From Terricaulis sp. (GTDB taxonomy: Bacteria > Pseudomonadota > Alphaproteobacteria > Caulobacterales > Aquidulcibacteraceae), in the NCBI GenBank assembly GCA_040080935.1, contig JBEBHI010000001.1, positions 9,698-73,697 of the forward strand: 64,000 nt of DNA, written 5' to 3'. Each line of letters starts with the position of its first letter. The first letter of the stretch is position 1. Shown piece after piece: positions 28,943-38,318 of this stretch. Both the position numbers and the translations under genes were made by a program. The notes beneath the pieces are model-generated. The model did not search any database and was not told where the DNA came from. It saw nothing but the letters and a program-made list of their open reading frames with translations.

Positions 28943-30688
28943 ATGGCTTCTCCGACCTCCCCAGCATTGTTCGACCAGTTCGCCCGAGGCTGGCGCGGCT
29001 ACGTGCTGATCGCACTGATCGCGCTGACGAGCGGGCTCATGGGCGCGATGCGCGTGCCGGTCACCGACATCGACGAAGCCCGCTTCGCGCAAGCGACGCG
29101 GCAGATGATCGAGACAGACGATTACGTGCGCATTCGCGTGCAGGACGCCGAACGCAACCGCAAACCTGTCGGCATTTACTGGTTGCAGGCAGCATCGGTG
29201 AACACGCTGCGTCCGTTCACGGAGCGGCTGAACACGATCTGGCCATATCGATTGCCGTCTGCGCTCGGCCTGATGCTTGCGAGCCTCGCGACGCTATGGG
29301 CCGGCACGGTGTTGTTTGGCGCGCGCACTGGATTTGTCGGTGCAGCGATCTTCGCTGTCGGATTGCTCGCCGGCGTCGAAGGCATGTTGGCGAAAACAGA
29401 CGCGGTGATGTCCGGCTTCTCGGCGCTGGCGCTGGCTGCACTGGCGCAATTGCGCGCAGGCACAACGAGACCACGCATGGTCGCGCTTGTCTTTTGGGCG
29501 GCGGTCGGTTGCGCTTTCATGGTCAAAGGCCCGCTCACAGCAATTGCCGCCACGCTTACGCTGACTGTGCTTTGGTTTTGGGAGCGCCGCGCCGCATGGA
29601 TGAAGCCGCTGGCGTTTTGGCCTGGACCATTGCTGGCGCTCGCGATCACGCTGCCTTGGCTCATTACGATTGGCATCGTCACTGAGGGGCGCTTCTACGC
29701 CGATCTCTTGTTGCGTGAGATTGGACCGAAACTGGTTTCCGGCGGCGATCACCGGCACGGCGGCATTCCTGGCTATCACTTCCTTTGGCTGCCGCTGCTG
29801 ATCTTCCCTGCCACCTACGCGCTTCCGGCGGCGGCGCGCTTAGGCTGGAGCGCCATTCGCGCACCGCGTAACGATGAAGCAAGCAGCGCCTTTCGCTTCT
29901 TGCTCGCGTGGTCCGGTTCGATCTTCCTTTTCTTCGAGCTGCTACCCTCGAAGCTCATCCACTACACGCTGCCAGCATACCCAGCGATTGCGCTGATGTG
30001 CGCTGCGGGGCTCTTTGCGATGCGCGGCAAACGCTGGCGCACAGCACATCCAGCGGGCCTCGTTCTCTTCGGCGTGTTTGGCGCGATTTTTGTTGGCCTT
30101 ATGGCCTTCGTCTCAACTTTCATGCCCGGCTACCTCGCGGACGCTGGCGTCCGGCGCGCGGTTGCTGCTGGGTTGATCGGCGCGATTACTCTTGGCGCAG
30201 CGATCGTCGGCCTGATCCTGCTTCGCCGGCCAACCACACGCGCGGCGATCCTGGTTGCATGCGCGCTGATATTCTCATTCAGCCTACGCGAGCGGCTTCT
30301 GCCCGAAGCGCGATCGCTATTCGTCAGCAATGAAGCTGCTGCCGCGATGACGCGCGCGCGGCTGATGCCCACGCAAGATCAATCGTTCTGGATCATCGGC
30401 TACGAGCAACCAAGCCTGATCTTCCTCACGCGCACGTGGGTGCGGCTGGTCGAAGTGGAAAACGTCGCTGAGACGCCGATCCATGACGGCGACGGCATGA
30501 TCATTGAGGGCCGCGTCTTCGATCAAACGCAAGCAGCGCTTCGAACACATGGGCTTGAGTTTGAAGCGGCCGAACAACCAGCGCGCGGCATGGCTATGGG
30601 CCGCGGCGAGTACATGACGTTGAATATCGGTCGTGCGCGCGAGATCGCTAGCGGCGTGCAGGCGGACGGCCCGCGATCAGGTCCCTGA
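28943..30688 (+). CDS. ArnT/GT83-like lipid-linked glycosyltransferase
   Basis: DEARFAQATRQM, RKPVGIYWLQ, YRLPS, KGP, SKLIHYTLPAYP, and many TM helices. Divergent from the GT2 gene. Confidence 0.88.
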   Translation: MASPTSPALFDQFARGWRGYVLIALIALTSGLMGAMRVPVTDIDEARFAQATRQMIETDDYVRIRVQDAERNRKPVGIYWLQAASVNTLRPFTERLNTIWPYRLPSALGLMLASLATLWAGTVLFGARTGFVGAAIFAVGLLAGVEGMLAKTDAVMSGFSALALAALAQLRAGTTRPRMVALVFWAAVGCAFMVKGPLTAIAATLTLTVLWFWERRAAWMKPLAFWPGPLLALAITLPWLITIGIVTEGRFYADLLLREIGPKLVSGGDHRHGGIPGYHFLWLPLLIFPATYALPAAARLGWSAIRAPRNDEASSAFRFLLAWSGSIFLFFELLPSKLIHYTLPAYPAIALMCAAGLFAMRGKRWRTAHPAGLVLFGVFGAIFVGLMAFVSTFMPGYLADAGVRRAVAAGLIGAITLGAAIVGLILLRRPTTRAAILVACALIFSFSLRERLLPEARSLFVSNEAAAAMTRARLMPTQDQSFWIIGYEQPSLIFLTRTWVRLVEVENVAETPIHDGDGMIIEGRVFDQTQAALRTHGLEFEAAEQPARGMAMGRGEYMTLNIGRAREIASGVQADGPRSGP

Positions 30689-31559
30689 GCGTCAGCAGCA
30701 CCGCAAGCGCAGGCCCGGCTACGCGCGCGAAAGCTTTTTCCATCGGCGTCTTGGCGCTCTTCACCGCGAACCGCGTAAGCCCCTGCACTTTGCGGCTCTT
30801 GCGCGCCTGCGCATATTCGAACTGCACCGCCGACGCGTCCGGCTGAAACAGCACACTGCCGCCCGCGAGCGCAGCGCGGCGGCATAGATCGAGATCGGCG
30901 CAGTCAGTATCGAACTGTTCGTCAAAACCACTGAGCGCATCGAAATCATTGCGCGGAATGAGCATCAGCGCGCCAGACACCGCGCCAACCTTCGTCGCCG
31001 CGTCTTCGCGCTTATGCACGCGCGCAGGCTTTGCAGGCCATTCGACTGCCACCGCGATCGCAGAAAACGTATTGAGCGAACCAGCACGTGCGCCTTGGCG
31101 CTCACGCCCTTCAAGGTCGAGCAATCTGCCGCCGACAATCCATGGCGTCTGCGCGCCGCCGCCAGCCGCTGCCAAGCGCGCAACCGCGCCCCGCTGCAGA
31201 ACCACATCCGCATTCAAGAACAACAACCAACGTCCAAGCGCGGCCTCGGCGCCAATGTTCGCTGCTGCTGCCGTACTCAAACTCGGATCGACTTGGACGA
31301 CATGCACATCGCGCCGGTCAGCTTCGAAGGCGCGCAGTGTCGATGAAATCTCTTCGGGGTTGTCGTGATCGACGATAACGAGATCATCGATCCAATCTTC
31401 CGCCAAGGCGCTGCGCAGACATAGATCAAGCGGCGCGCGGCCGGACGAATTGGCGCGGACCTTATGGGCAACCACGATAGCTGATACGCGCGGCTCCAAC
31501 GTAGCAGACGTCGACCGTGCGCGTGACGGATGCCTATCCAACGCCTTCTCCGCCCCCAA
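30648..31559 (-). CDS. GT2 family glycosyltransferase (diverged)
   Basis: VSAIVV, AANIGA, LLFLNADV, SGALMLI, GFDE...DLDLC. Start uncertain, possibly TTG 31499. Confidence 0.75.
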   Translation of the reverse strand: MGAEKALDRHPSRARSTSATLEPRVSAIVVAHKVRANSSGRAPLDLCLRSALAEDWIDDLVIVDHDNPEEISSTLRAFEADRRDVHVVQVDPSLSTAAAANIGAEAALGRWLLFLNADVVLQRGAVARLAAAGGGAQTPWIVGGRLLDLEGRERQGARAGSLNTFSAIAVAVEWPAKPARVHKREDAATKVGAVSGALMLIPRNDFDALSGFDEQFDTDCADLDLCRRAALAGGSVLFQPDASAVQFEYAQARKSRKVQGLTRFAVKSAKTPMEKAFARVAGPALAVLLTLRDLIAGRPPARR

Positions 31560-31634
31560 TACCCTTGGCTATCCTGGATTGCGGCGCTGCCGTCTGTAAA
31601 GACGTGCCGCCACCGCAATCCAGAACTTGAGCCA

Positions 31635-33569
31635 TTACTGACGTTTCAGGTCGGGAGGCGTCGCCTCTGCGACAAGGGCTTCTTGTGCAGCTGCGAGAGA
31701 CATCACCTGCTGCTCCTGGCTGCCGAAGCGCCGGATTGCAACACCACGTTCCTCGGCCTCTTTTTTGCCGACGACCGCAATCACTGGCACTTTTTGCAGC
31801 GAGTGCTCCCTGATCTTGTAGCCGACCTTCTCGTTGCGCACGTCGAGCGCCACGCGCAAGCCAGCCTGTCGTAGCGTTTTGGCCACATCCTCGGCATACG
31901 CGTTTCCGTCAGATGTGATCGTCGCCACCACGACCTGCACAGGCGCCAGCCACATCGGGAACGCACCGGCGCAGTTCTCGATCAGGATGCCGATGAAGCG
32001 CTCGAGCGATCCAAGGATCGCGCGGTGCAACATGACAGGGCGATGCTTCTGCCCGTCCTCAGCCACGTATTCGGCATCGAGACGATCCGGCAGCTGATAG
32101 TCGAGCTGGATCGTACCGATCGTCCATTCGCGGCCGATGGCGTCCTTCACGGAGAAGTCGAGCTTGGGCGCATAGAACGCCCCGTCGCCTTCGGCGATGA
32201 CGGGTTCAACACCAGCCGCGCGCGCGGCGTTCAGCATCTGCGCTTCGGCTTTGTCCCAGAATTCGTCGGAGCCAACCCGCTGCTCAGGGCGCGTCGCGAG
32301 CGCGATCTTGTCGCTCACCATGCCGAAATCGGCGTGGATCGACTTCGCCAGTTGAATGAACCGCGTCGTCTCTTCTTCGATTTGGTCTTCTCGACAGAAG
32401 ATGTGCGCATCGTCTTGCGTAAACGCGCGCACGCGCATCAGGCCGTGCAACGACCCTGACGGCTCGTAGCGGTGGCACGCGCCGAACTCAGCCATCCGCA
32501 GCGGCAAATCGCGATACGACTTCTGCCCGAACTTGAATATCTGCACGTGACCCGGACAGTTCATCGGTTTCAGCGAAAGCGTTTCTTCTTCCACCGTCTC
32601 GCAGATGAACATGTTCGGGCGATACTTGTCCCAGTGTCCCGATTTTTCCCAGAACACGCGGTCAAGCACTTGCGGCGTGCGCACTTCGACATAGCCCGCC
32701 GCATCCAAGCGACGGCGCATGTACGCTTCGATCGTGCGCCACAGCATCAGGCCCTTTTCGTGCCAGAACACCATGCCGCGTCCCTCTTCCTGCATGTGGA
32801 AGAGATCCATCTGACGGCCGAGTTTGCGGTGGTCGCGCTTCTCAGCTTCTTCGAGACGCAGCAAATGCTCTTCGAGCTGCTTTTCGTCAGCCCAAGCCGT
32901 GCCGTAGATGCGCTGCAGCTGCTGATTGTTCTGATCGCCGCGCCAATACGCGCCAGCCAACTTCATCAGCTTGAAGGCTTTGCCGAGCTTGCCCGTTGAA
33001 GGCAAATGCGGCCCGCGGCAGAGATCGCCCCACTTGTCGCCGTGCGAGTACACCGTGATCGGCTCACCCGGCTTAATCACTTCATCGATCGTCTCGGCCT
33101 TGTAGATTTCGCCGAGCGACTTGAAGTGCGCGATGGCGTCTTCCTTCTTCCAGACCTGACGCTGGATCGGCAGATCGGCGTCGACGATCTCCTTCATACG
33201 TTTTTCGATCTTGGCAAAATCGTCCGTGGAGAACGGCTCTGCGCGCGCGAAGTCGTAGTAGAAGCCATCCTCCGTCACCGGGCCGAACGTCACCTGCGTG
33301 CCGGGAAATAGCTCTTGCACAGCCTGCGCCATAACGTGCGCCGCGTCGTGCCGAATGATTTCGAGACCGTCGGGGCTATCGCGCATGACAAGCTCGAACT
33401 TGCCGCCGCCCTCGAGAGGCCGCGTCAGATCCCACGCCGCGCCATCAATCTTGGCGGCGACAACCTTCTTAGCGAGCGATTTTGAAATGCCTTCGGCAAC
33501 CGCGAGCGGCGTCACGCCATCATCGTACGATCGCTCGGCGCCGTCGGGAAATTTAAGGGAGATACTCAT
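31635..33569 (-). CDS. thrS: threonine--tRNA ligase
   Basis: TGS domain, [46 protein letters not shown]. Confidence 0.98.
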   Translation of the reverse strand: MSISLKFPDGAERSYDDGVTPLAVAEGISKSLAKKVVAAKIDGAAWDLTRPLEGGGKFELVMRDSPDGLEIIRHDAAHVMAQAVQELFPGTQVTFGPVTEDGFYYDFARAEPFSTDDFAKIEKRMKEIVDADLPIQRQVWKKEDAIAHFKSLGEIYKAETIDEVIKPGEPITVYSHGDKWGDLCRGPHLPSTGKLGKAFKLMKLAGAYWRGDQNNQQLQRIYGTAWADEKQLEEHLLRLEEAEKRDHRKLGRQMDLFHMQEEGRGMVFWHEKGLMLWRTIEAYMRRRLDAAGYVEVRTPQVLDRVFWEKSGHWDKYRPNMFICETVEEETLSLKPMNCPGHVQIFKFGQKSYRDLPLRMAEFGACHRYEPSGSLHGLMRVRAFTQDDAHIFCREDQIEEETTRFIQLAKSIHADFGMVSDKIALATRPEQRVGSDEFWDKAEAQMLNAARAAGVEPVIAEGDGAFYAPKLDFSVKDAIGREWTIGTIQLDYQLPDRLDAEYVAEDGQKHRPVMLHRAILGSLERFIGILIENCAGAFPMWLAPVQVVVATITSDGNAYAEDVAKTLRQAGLRVALDVRNEKVGYKIREHSLQKVPVIAVVGKKEAEERGVAIRRFGSQEQQVMSLAAAQEALVAEATPPDLKRQ

Positions 33570-34042
33570 GATTTTGACTCTGTTGATTCAGTTTCTGCGC
33601 CCCCTCTCCCTTGCGGAGAGGGGGTTGGGGGTGAGGGGCATTGTGACATCGCGGTGTCGGCAGAACTGGCGCCACCGCGCGTGGTAGTTCGCCCCTCACC
33701 CGGCTCGCTTACGCTCGCCACCCTCTCCGCAAGGGAGAGGGTTTCAGGAGGCGGCCTGTAGCCGCCCTTCCAATCGCCGTAGCGCCACGGGCGCCACCAG
33801 GAATTCGTTTTGATCTCGCGCGGCGCGGGATCCCAGCCATGCCCGCCCCAAGGCGCACACCGGCAGATGCGTGCGGCGCCCATCCAGCTTCCGGCCCACG
33901 CGCCGTGCGCACGGATCGCGTCCGCCGTGTACGACGAGCACGTCGGGCGATAGCGACACGCATTGCCGATGAGCGGCGAAAGCGTCCACTTATAGAGCTG
34001 GATAAGGCCCAATAGGCCCCGGGCCGGAATGCTCGGTGACAT
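33566..34042 (-). CDS. yidD: membrane protein insertion efficiency factor with repeat-derived C-terminal extension
   Basis: [31 protein letters not shown]. The tail runs through a palindromic repeat to a TGA overlapping the thrS ATG. Confidence 0.88.
   Translation of the reverse strand: MSPSIPARGLLGLIQLYKWTLSPLIGNACRYRPTCSSYTADAIRAHGAWAGSWMGAARICRCAPWGGHGWDPAPREIKTNSWWRPWRYGDWKGGYRPPPETLSLAERVASVSEPGEGRTTTRGGASSADTAMSQCPSPPTPSPQGRGGAETESTESKS
33602..33741. repeat. CIR/RIME-like palindromic interspersed element (~140 bp)
   Basis: Perfect 21-bp terminal inverted repeats CCCTCTCCCTTGCGGAGAGGG / CCCTCTCCGCAAGGGAGAGGG, each itself a hairpin. Inner inverted repeat GGTGAGGGG/CCCCTCACC. Confidence 0.85.
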
Positions 34043-34189
34043 CACAAACTACAGCGATTTGTTGGATTCAGGATTGGGCCAAGCGCAGCCGCTGCGGCGC
34101 GCCCAATCTCGCGCCGCCGGCTTTAGAAGGTCGTAGTCGTGATCGCGCGCCGGTTCATAAGCGGAATATAGCTGCTTCGGCGGTTTGGC

Positions 34190-34516
34190 TCAAGCCGCGC
34201 CAGCCCCGCGATCGACGCGGCGGCACTTAACCTGTGTGAACGCGCCCCAGCATTCGAGGTAAGCCGCGCCGGGCATGTCGACGGTGAGTTTCGACGCCAC
34301 GTAGTAATTATCGTAGCGCCCCTGGCCCGCAACGAAGCCGGTTACAAAATCGACAACGCTATCGAGCGAGATGCCGGCCTGCGCCTGCACCTCGCTCGTT
34401 TGCTGTTCGGCTTGCGCCTGCATAAAGGCGGTTGCTGCCGCTTCCTGCGTCTCGCGCGTCGGCACAGTGAAGTACGCGGCGGCGGCGATGATGACGAGAA
34501 GCAGCAGCATGCGCAT
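34190..34516 (-). CDS. small membrane-anchored hypothetical protein (paralog A)
   Basis: N-terminal TM helix, YFTVP, YDNYYVASK, CWGAFTQVKC. Confidence 0.78.
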   Translation of the reverse strand: MRMLLLLVIIAAAAYFTVPTRETQEAAATAFMQAQAEQQTSEVQAQAGISLDSVVDFVTGFVAGQGRYDNYYVASKLTVDMPGAAYLECWGAFTQVKCRRVDRGAGAA

Positions 34517-34520
34517 GGCG

Positions 34521-34811
34521 TTAGCCGCCCGTACGCGTGTCAGGAGCGCGGTTGCACTGCACTTGCTTGAACGCACCCCAGCAGGTCACAACCGGCTGGC
34601 CGTCGAGCGTGACGTTGTACTTCGCGGCGACGTAGTAATTGCTGTACGAGCGATCGCCGGCGAGCGTCGTTGCCACGCTCTCAAAACCTTGACTGACATT
34701 CTGCGGGTCGCTGAGCACAGCGTCGGCGCCAGCGCGCATCGCGGCTTCGTCCGGCTTGGTGAAGTAGCCGGCCACGCCAGCCAAAATCAAAATCAGTACA
34801 ATCCACTTCAT
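34521..34811 (-). CDS. small membrane-anchored hypothetical protein (paralog B)
   Basis: N-terminal TM helix, YFTKP, YSNYYVAAK, CWGAFKQVQC. GGGAGG RBS. Confidence 0.8.
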   Translation of the reverse strand: MKWIVLILILAGVAGYFTKPDEAAMRAGADAVLSDPQNVSQGFESVATTLAGDRSYSNYYVAAKYNVTLDGQPVVTCWGAFKQVQCNRAPDTRTGG

Positions 34812-34877
34812 AGTCGCGTCCTCCCAGGGATCCCAAGGCCCGGAAGCTAGCCGCAATCTCCGCCGCCCGGAAGCCGA

Positions 34878-35285
34878 TCAGGGCGGTTTGCGGCGCCTGG
34901 AGACAGCCGGAGGCGCGAAAGAAGCCGAGAGTTTCTTCGGCGCCACGGCGCGCCAGCTTTCATCGAGATAATCGGCGAGCTTGGCCATCGGCGCTTTGGC
35001 CTTGGCGGTAAAGCGGAAGGTGATCCACCCGGAGCGGCTGAGGCCATAACCGGTGCGTTCCGCGCCTTTGATGGTCAGCGCCTCGTCATTGCGGAACGGC
35101 AGCTTCATCGAGGCCGACCATCCGCCGCCCTCTTCGTCATCGCCCATGAACAAGAACGCCTTCTTGCCCGAGACTTTGAAGGCGCTGTGACCCCACGGGA
35201 AGTCTTCGACCGTGTCCGGAAACGCGAGCGCGGCTTTGCGAAGCGCTCTCGCGAGCGGATGTTTCAGTTTCACGACGGTGCTCAT
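34878..35285 (-). CDS. MmcQ/YjbR family protein
   Basis: EDFPWG...FKVSGKKAF, GYGLSRSGW, ESWRAVAPKKL. Confidence 0.85.
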   Translation of the reverse strand: MSTVVKLKHPLARALRKAALAFPDTVEDFPWGHSAFKVSGKKAFLFMGDDEEGGGWSASMKLPFRNDEALTIKGAERTGYGLSRSGWITFRFTAKAKAPMAKLADYLDESWRAVAPKKLSASFAPPAVSRRRKPP

Positions 35286-35306
35286 GGCCCCACTCCGATT
35301 CAGCAA

Positions 35307-35555
35307 CTAAGCGTGAGGCGGATCATCGTTCTCGCGCTCTTCGAGCTTCTTTGCGTCTTTTGCGGCAACGACGTGCTGAGCCGATGGGTTGATGAAGACG
35401 TTCATCTCCATCAATGCTGAGCCGAGCGCGCCTGTCTGCGCCTTCTTGCGCCGCCAATATATCCAGCCCCGTTCTTCAGCCCAGAGTGCAACGCGATCGA
35501 TCAGAAAGAGCGCCAGAACAACGCCGCCAATCCAAAGCGCGACCCCAAACATCAC
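35307..35555 (-). CDS. small hypothetical membrane protein
   Basis: TM helix followed by LWAEERGWIYWRRKK. Coupled to the upstream gene by a GTGA overlap. Confidence 0.7.
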   Translation of the reverse strand: MMFGVALWIGGVVLALFLIDRVALWAEERGWIYWRRKKAQTGALGSALMEMNVFINPSAQHVVAAKDAKKLEERENDDPPHA

Positions 35556-35983
35556 GCCGCCTTCTTCTGCGCTTGATCTAGCGCTTCAACGGCGGCGTCG
35601 AACGCAAGCATGGTCGAGGCATGCCGCGCGGGATAATCGCGCACGCCTTCCAGATGACGCAACTCCCAGAACCGGCCAGTCGGCGGCGCTCCCTCGCCTT
35701 TGAGCATGGCGCGCAAGCCATCGCGCGCGTCGCGGATTTCCCTGGGCGTCGCGCCGATCGCGTGCATTGCCAGCACGCCCGTTGAGGCTTGCCCTAGCGC
35801 ACACGCCTTGGGGTGGACCGCAATGTTGGTGACGACGCCGTCCTGCAGCGCCAGCTCAACCGTGACGACCGAGCCGCAGACGCGGCTGACTTTCGTGGCC
35901 GCCCCATCCGGCGCATCGAGGCGCCCGACATGGGGAATATCGGCCGCCAATTCCATGATCCGGGGGTGGTAGAGGTCGTCCAT
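35552..35983 (-). CDS. IscU/NifU-N-like Fe-S scaffold protein
   Basis: SRVCGS, KACALGQAS, RDYPARHAS. Confidence 0.87.
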   Translation of the reverse strand: MDDLYHPRIMELAADIPHVGRLDAPDGAATKVSRVCGSVVTVELALQDGVVTNIAVHPKACALGQASTGVLAMHAIGATPREIRDARDGLRAMLKGEGAPPTGRFWELRHLEGVRDYPARHASTMLAFDAAVEALDQAQKKAA

Positions 35984-36048
35984 CTGCCCTTATGTGGCCT
36001 TCCTTCGCGGGCAAGCAACGGGCAAAATCGGCCCTTCGGAGCGGCGCC

Positions 36049-36567
36049 ATGTTGAGACGCACAGTGTTGATCAGCGCGCTAGGCGCATGGCCGGCGAGCG
36101 CGTTCGCGCAAACAACCACGCCGCAGCAGCCGGCGGCCGCACCTCAACCGCAGGCCACGCAAACTGGCCAAGCGCCGCCGCCGATCACGCCAGAGAACGC
36201 GCTCGAATACGCATTCGTCTCGGCACTCACCAACCCAAACATGCGCCCGATCTTCCGGCGCTATCTGATGGAGACGCACGTCGCGCTGGCGCTGACGGCA
36301 GCGGCCGACGATTCACCGCCGCGCCATGTCCGCGTGCGTGAGGGCTTCACAGCCGGCGCGATCTTCACGAGCGAGCAACGTCTAAAGCAAGCGCTAGGCG
36401 ACGATGCCCCGCACATCATGATCAACGGTCGCGCCGCACTGACGCGCCTCGTCGGCGGCAATGTCGTGATCAATCCAGGCTTCGTGCCGATGCTGACGCT
36501 CGAGCCTACCGATGTCGCAGCTTATCTAGCGACGCCGGGCGAAAGCTCATCCGGGCCCACCCAGTAA
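36049..36567 (+). CDS. SseB-like domain protein with export signal
   Basis: MLRRT...AFA-Q signal, Pro/Gln linker, ENALE, AIFTSEQRL, VVINPG. Confidence 0.65.
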   Translation: MLRRTVLISALGAWPASAFAQTTTPQQPAAAPQPQATQTGQAPPPITPENALEYAFVSALTNPNMRPIFRRYLMETHVALALTAAADDSPPRHVRVREGFTAGAIFTSEQRLKQALGDDAPHIMINGRAALTRLVGGNVVINPGFVPMLTLEPTDVAAYLATPGESSSGPTQ

Positions 36568-36996
36568 GCCATCATTGCCGCAACGGCGATCGTAAAGGCC
36601 GCGCGGACGCGTGAGCGTTTCGCCATCGGCAAACAAGTGCACTTGCCAGGTATGCGTGCAGCCGTTTGCGGTTGTCGTCTTGCGACACACTTGCGCCGGC
36701 GGATCGCCGCGATTGCCTTCCGCGCGCGGGGGCGCGGCGCCGCAATTGAATTCGTTGCGGCGAAGATCGGATGAAACCGCCGCGACTTGTAGCCCAGCGC
36801 CGTAGCGGCTGGTCACACCCTGCTGAAACGCTTCGAGCGTCGCGGCCTCCGACGCGCTACGCCAATCACCAAGACTGATCGGCGCCGATGGAATGGCCGC
36901 AGGTCCCGTCGGCCCCGGCGTCGCCGCGCCCGGCAGCGTTTCGCAAGCGCCCAGCAACAGCGCCAAGCTGACCGCGATCGTACGTGCGTGTTTCAT
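36547..36996 (-). CDS. hypothetical lipoprotein (paralog A)
   Basis: LGAC lipobox, ISLGDWRSA...AFQ...RY...L..NEFNC. GAGG RBS. Confidence 0.75.
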   Translation of the reverse strand: MKHARTIAVSLALLLGACETLPGAATPGPTGPAAIPSAPISLGDWRSASEAATLEAFQQGVTSRYGAGLQVAAVSSDLRRNEFNCGAAPPRAEGNRGDPPAQVCRKTTTANGCTHTWQVHLFADGETLTRPRGLYDRRCGNDGLLGGPG

Positions 36997-37001
36997 CGTC
37001 C

Positions 37002-37451
37002 TCACCCGTTGGCGCCGAGGCACATCTGTTCGAAGCCGGCGACCGGCTCGCGCGTGCCGCGCTCAAGCACAACATACCAGTCAAACGCGCATTGGCGCTC
37101 CATGATTTCGATGCGGCAATCGAGACGACGCTCGTCCTCGCATGAAAAGCCATTGGCTTCGAGGCTGGCGCGGAGCTCCGCATTCGTCTGATTGGCGAAA
37201 CGCTGACGGATCTGGGTCTGGAAGGCGGGCGCATAGACAGCCGGATCGGCGCTGCGCCACTGGCCGAAATCGATGCCGCCGTGCCCGACACCCTCCGGCG
37301 GCGCCGCGACCGAAATCGCGTCTGGCGGTGGTAGCGCTTGCCCGCGCTGGACCGGAAATGGCGAAGGGCTGCTTGCCGGCTCATCGGCCGCGCCGCCGCC
37401 GGTGGCGCACGCGCCCAGCAATGCCACCAAAGCTAAGACCATCACTCGCAT
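37002..37451 (-). CDS. hypothetical lipoprotein (paralog B)
   Basis: LGAC lipobox, IDFGQWRSA...AFQ...RF...L..NGFSC. AAGGA RBS. Confidence 0.75.
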   Translation of the reverse strand: MRVMVLALVALLGACATGGGAADEPASSPSPFPVQRGQALPPPDAISVAAPPEGVGHGGIDFGQWRSADPAVYAPAFQTQIRQRFANQTNAELRASLEANGFSCEDERRLDCRIEIMERQCAFDWYVVLERGTREPVAGFEQMCLGANG

Positions 37452-37538
37452 GCGTTTTCCTTTGTCCCTGCCCGCGTGCTTAGTCGGGGCGCGGGGCCAC
37501 TTCAAGGCGGGCGCCGACTGGGCGTGGTAGGCTGGGGC

Positions 37539-38009
37539 ATGAAGGAAAAGCAGACCGAAAAGTTGCGTGGCCCAACGCGAGCTCAAGGCAAATGCCTCTG
37601 CGGCGCGGTGGTGGTCGAGATCGCCGTGCCGTCGCAATGGGCCTGGCACGATCACTCACCATCGACACGGCGCGCGCACGGTGCAGCGTATGCAACCTAT
37701 GTCGGCTCATGGGCGAGCCGCTTTCGCATCGTGCAAGGCGAAGACAATCTCACGCGCTACGAAGACAAAGAGCGCGGCGGCGTGCGCAGCTTTTGTTCGA
37801 CCTGCGGATCACCGGTCACGTTTCAACGCAACAAGCAGAACGTGAACATCCCGCGCGCGCTCTTCAACACCGGCGTCGGCCGCGAGCCGCGCTATCACAT
37901 CGGCATCGATCAATTACAAGAATGGACCTATCTCGGCGAAAAACTCGCCCCGCTGAAAGGCTTTCCGGGTGTGGTGTGGACCGGCGCGAAGAAGAAGCGC
38001 GCGTGGTGA
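37539..38009 (+). CDS. GFA (CENP-V/glutathione-dependent formaldehyde-activating-like) family protein
   Basis: GKCLCGAV, RSFCSTCGSP. The usual CHC..C site reads HDHSPST. Confidence 0.82.
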   Translation: MKEKQTEKLRGPTRAQGKCLCGAVVVEIAVPSQWAWHDHSPSTRRAHGAAYATYVGSWASRFRIVQGEDNLTRYEDKERGGVRSFCSTCGSPVTFQRNKQNVNIPRALFNTGVGREPRYHIGIDQLQEWTYLGEKLAPLKGFPGVVWTGAKKKRAW

Positions 38010-38032
38010 TCGCTATTCTCGAGCGCAACGCT

Positions 38033-38139
38033 TCAGTCATTCCAGACGCGCGGAGCGCGGTCTGGAATCCAGATGACCGACTAAATGCGCGCTGCATTTC
38101 TGGATTCCAGATCGGCCTGCGGCCGTCTGGAATGACTGA
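38033..38139. repeat. CIR/RIME-like palindromic element with two GANTC sites
   Basis: Perfect 16-bp terminal inverted repeat TCAGTCATTCCAGACG/CGTCTGGAATGACTGA. Inner inverted repeat TCTGGAATCCAGA/TCTGGATTCCAGA. GAATC at 38065 and GATTC at 38103. Confidence 0.88.
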
Positions 38140-38270
38140 GAACCTTCTATCGCGCGCGCTCTTCGCAAGCGGCCTCGGCCGCGAGTCGCGCTATCACTGC
38201 CATTGATCACTTGCAGCGATGGACCTATCTCGGCGAAAAGCTCGGACCACTGAGGGGCTTCCCCGGCGTG
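38140..38270 (+). pseudogene. frameshifted remnant homologous to the 3' end of the upstream gfa gene
   Basis: NLLSRALFASGLGRESRYH//IDHLQRWTYLGEKLGPLRGFPGV versus NIPRALFNTGVGREPRYHIGIDQLQEWTYLGEKLAPLKGFPGV (37844-37973). Confidence 0.85.
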
Positions 38271-38318
38271 GGATGCTTGACGCCACCGAGCCTTCTCGTA
38301 CACGACGCGAGGCCCAAA

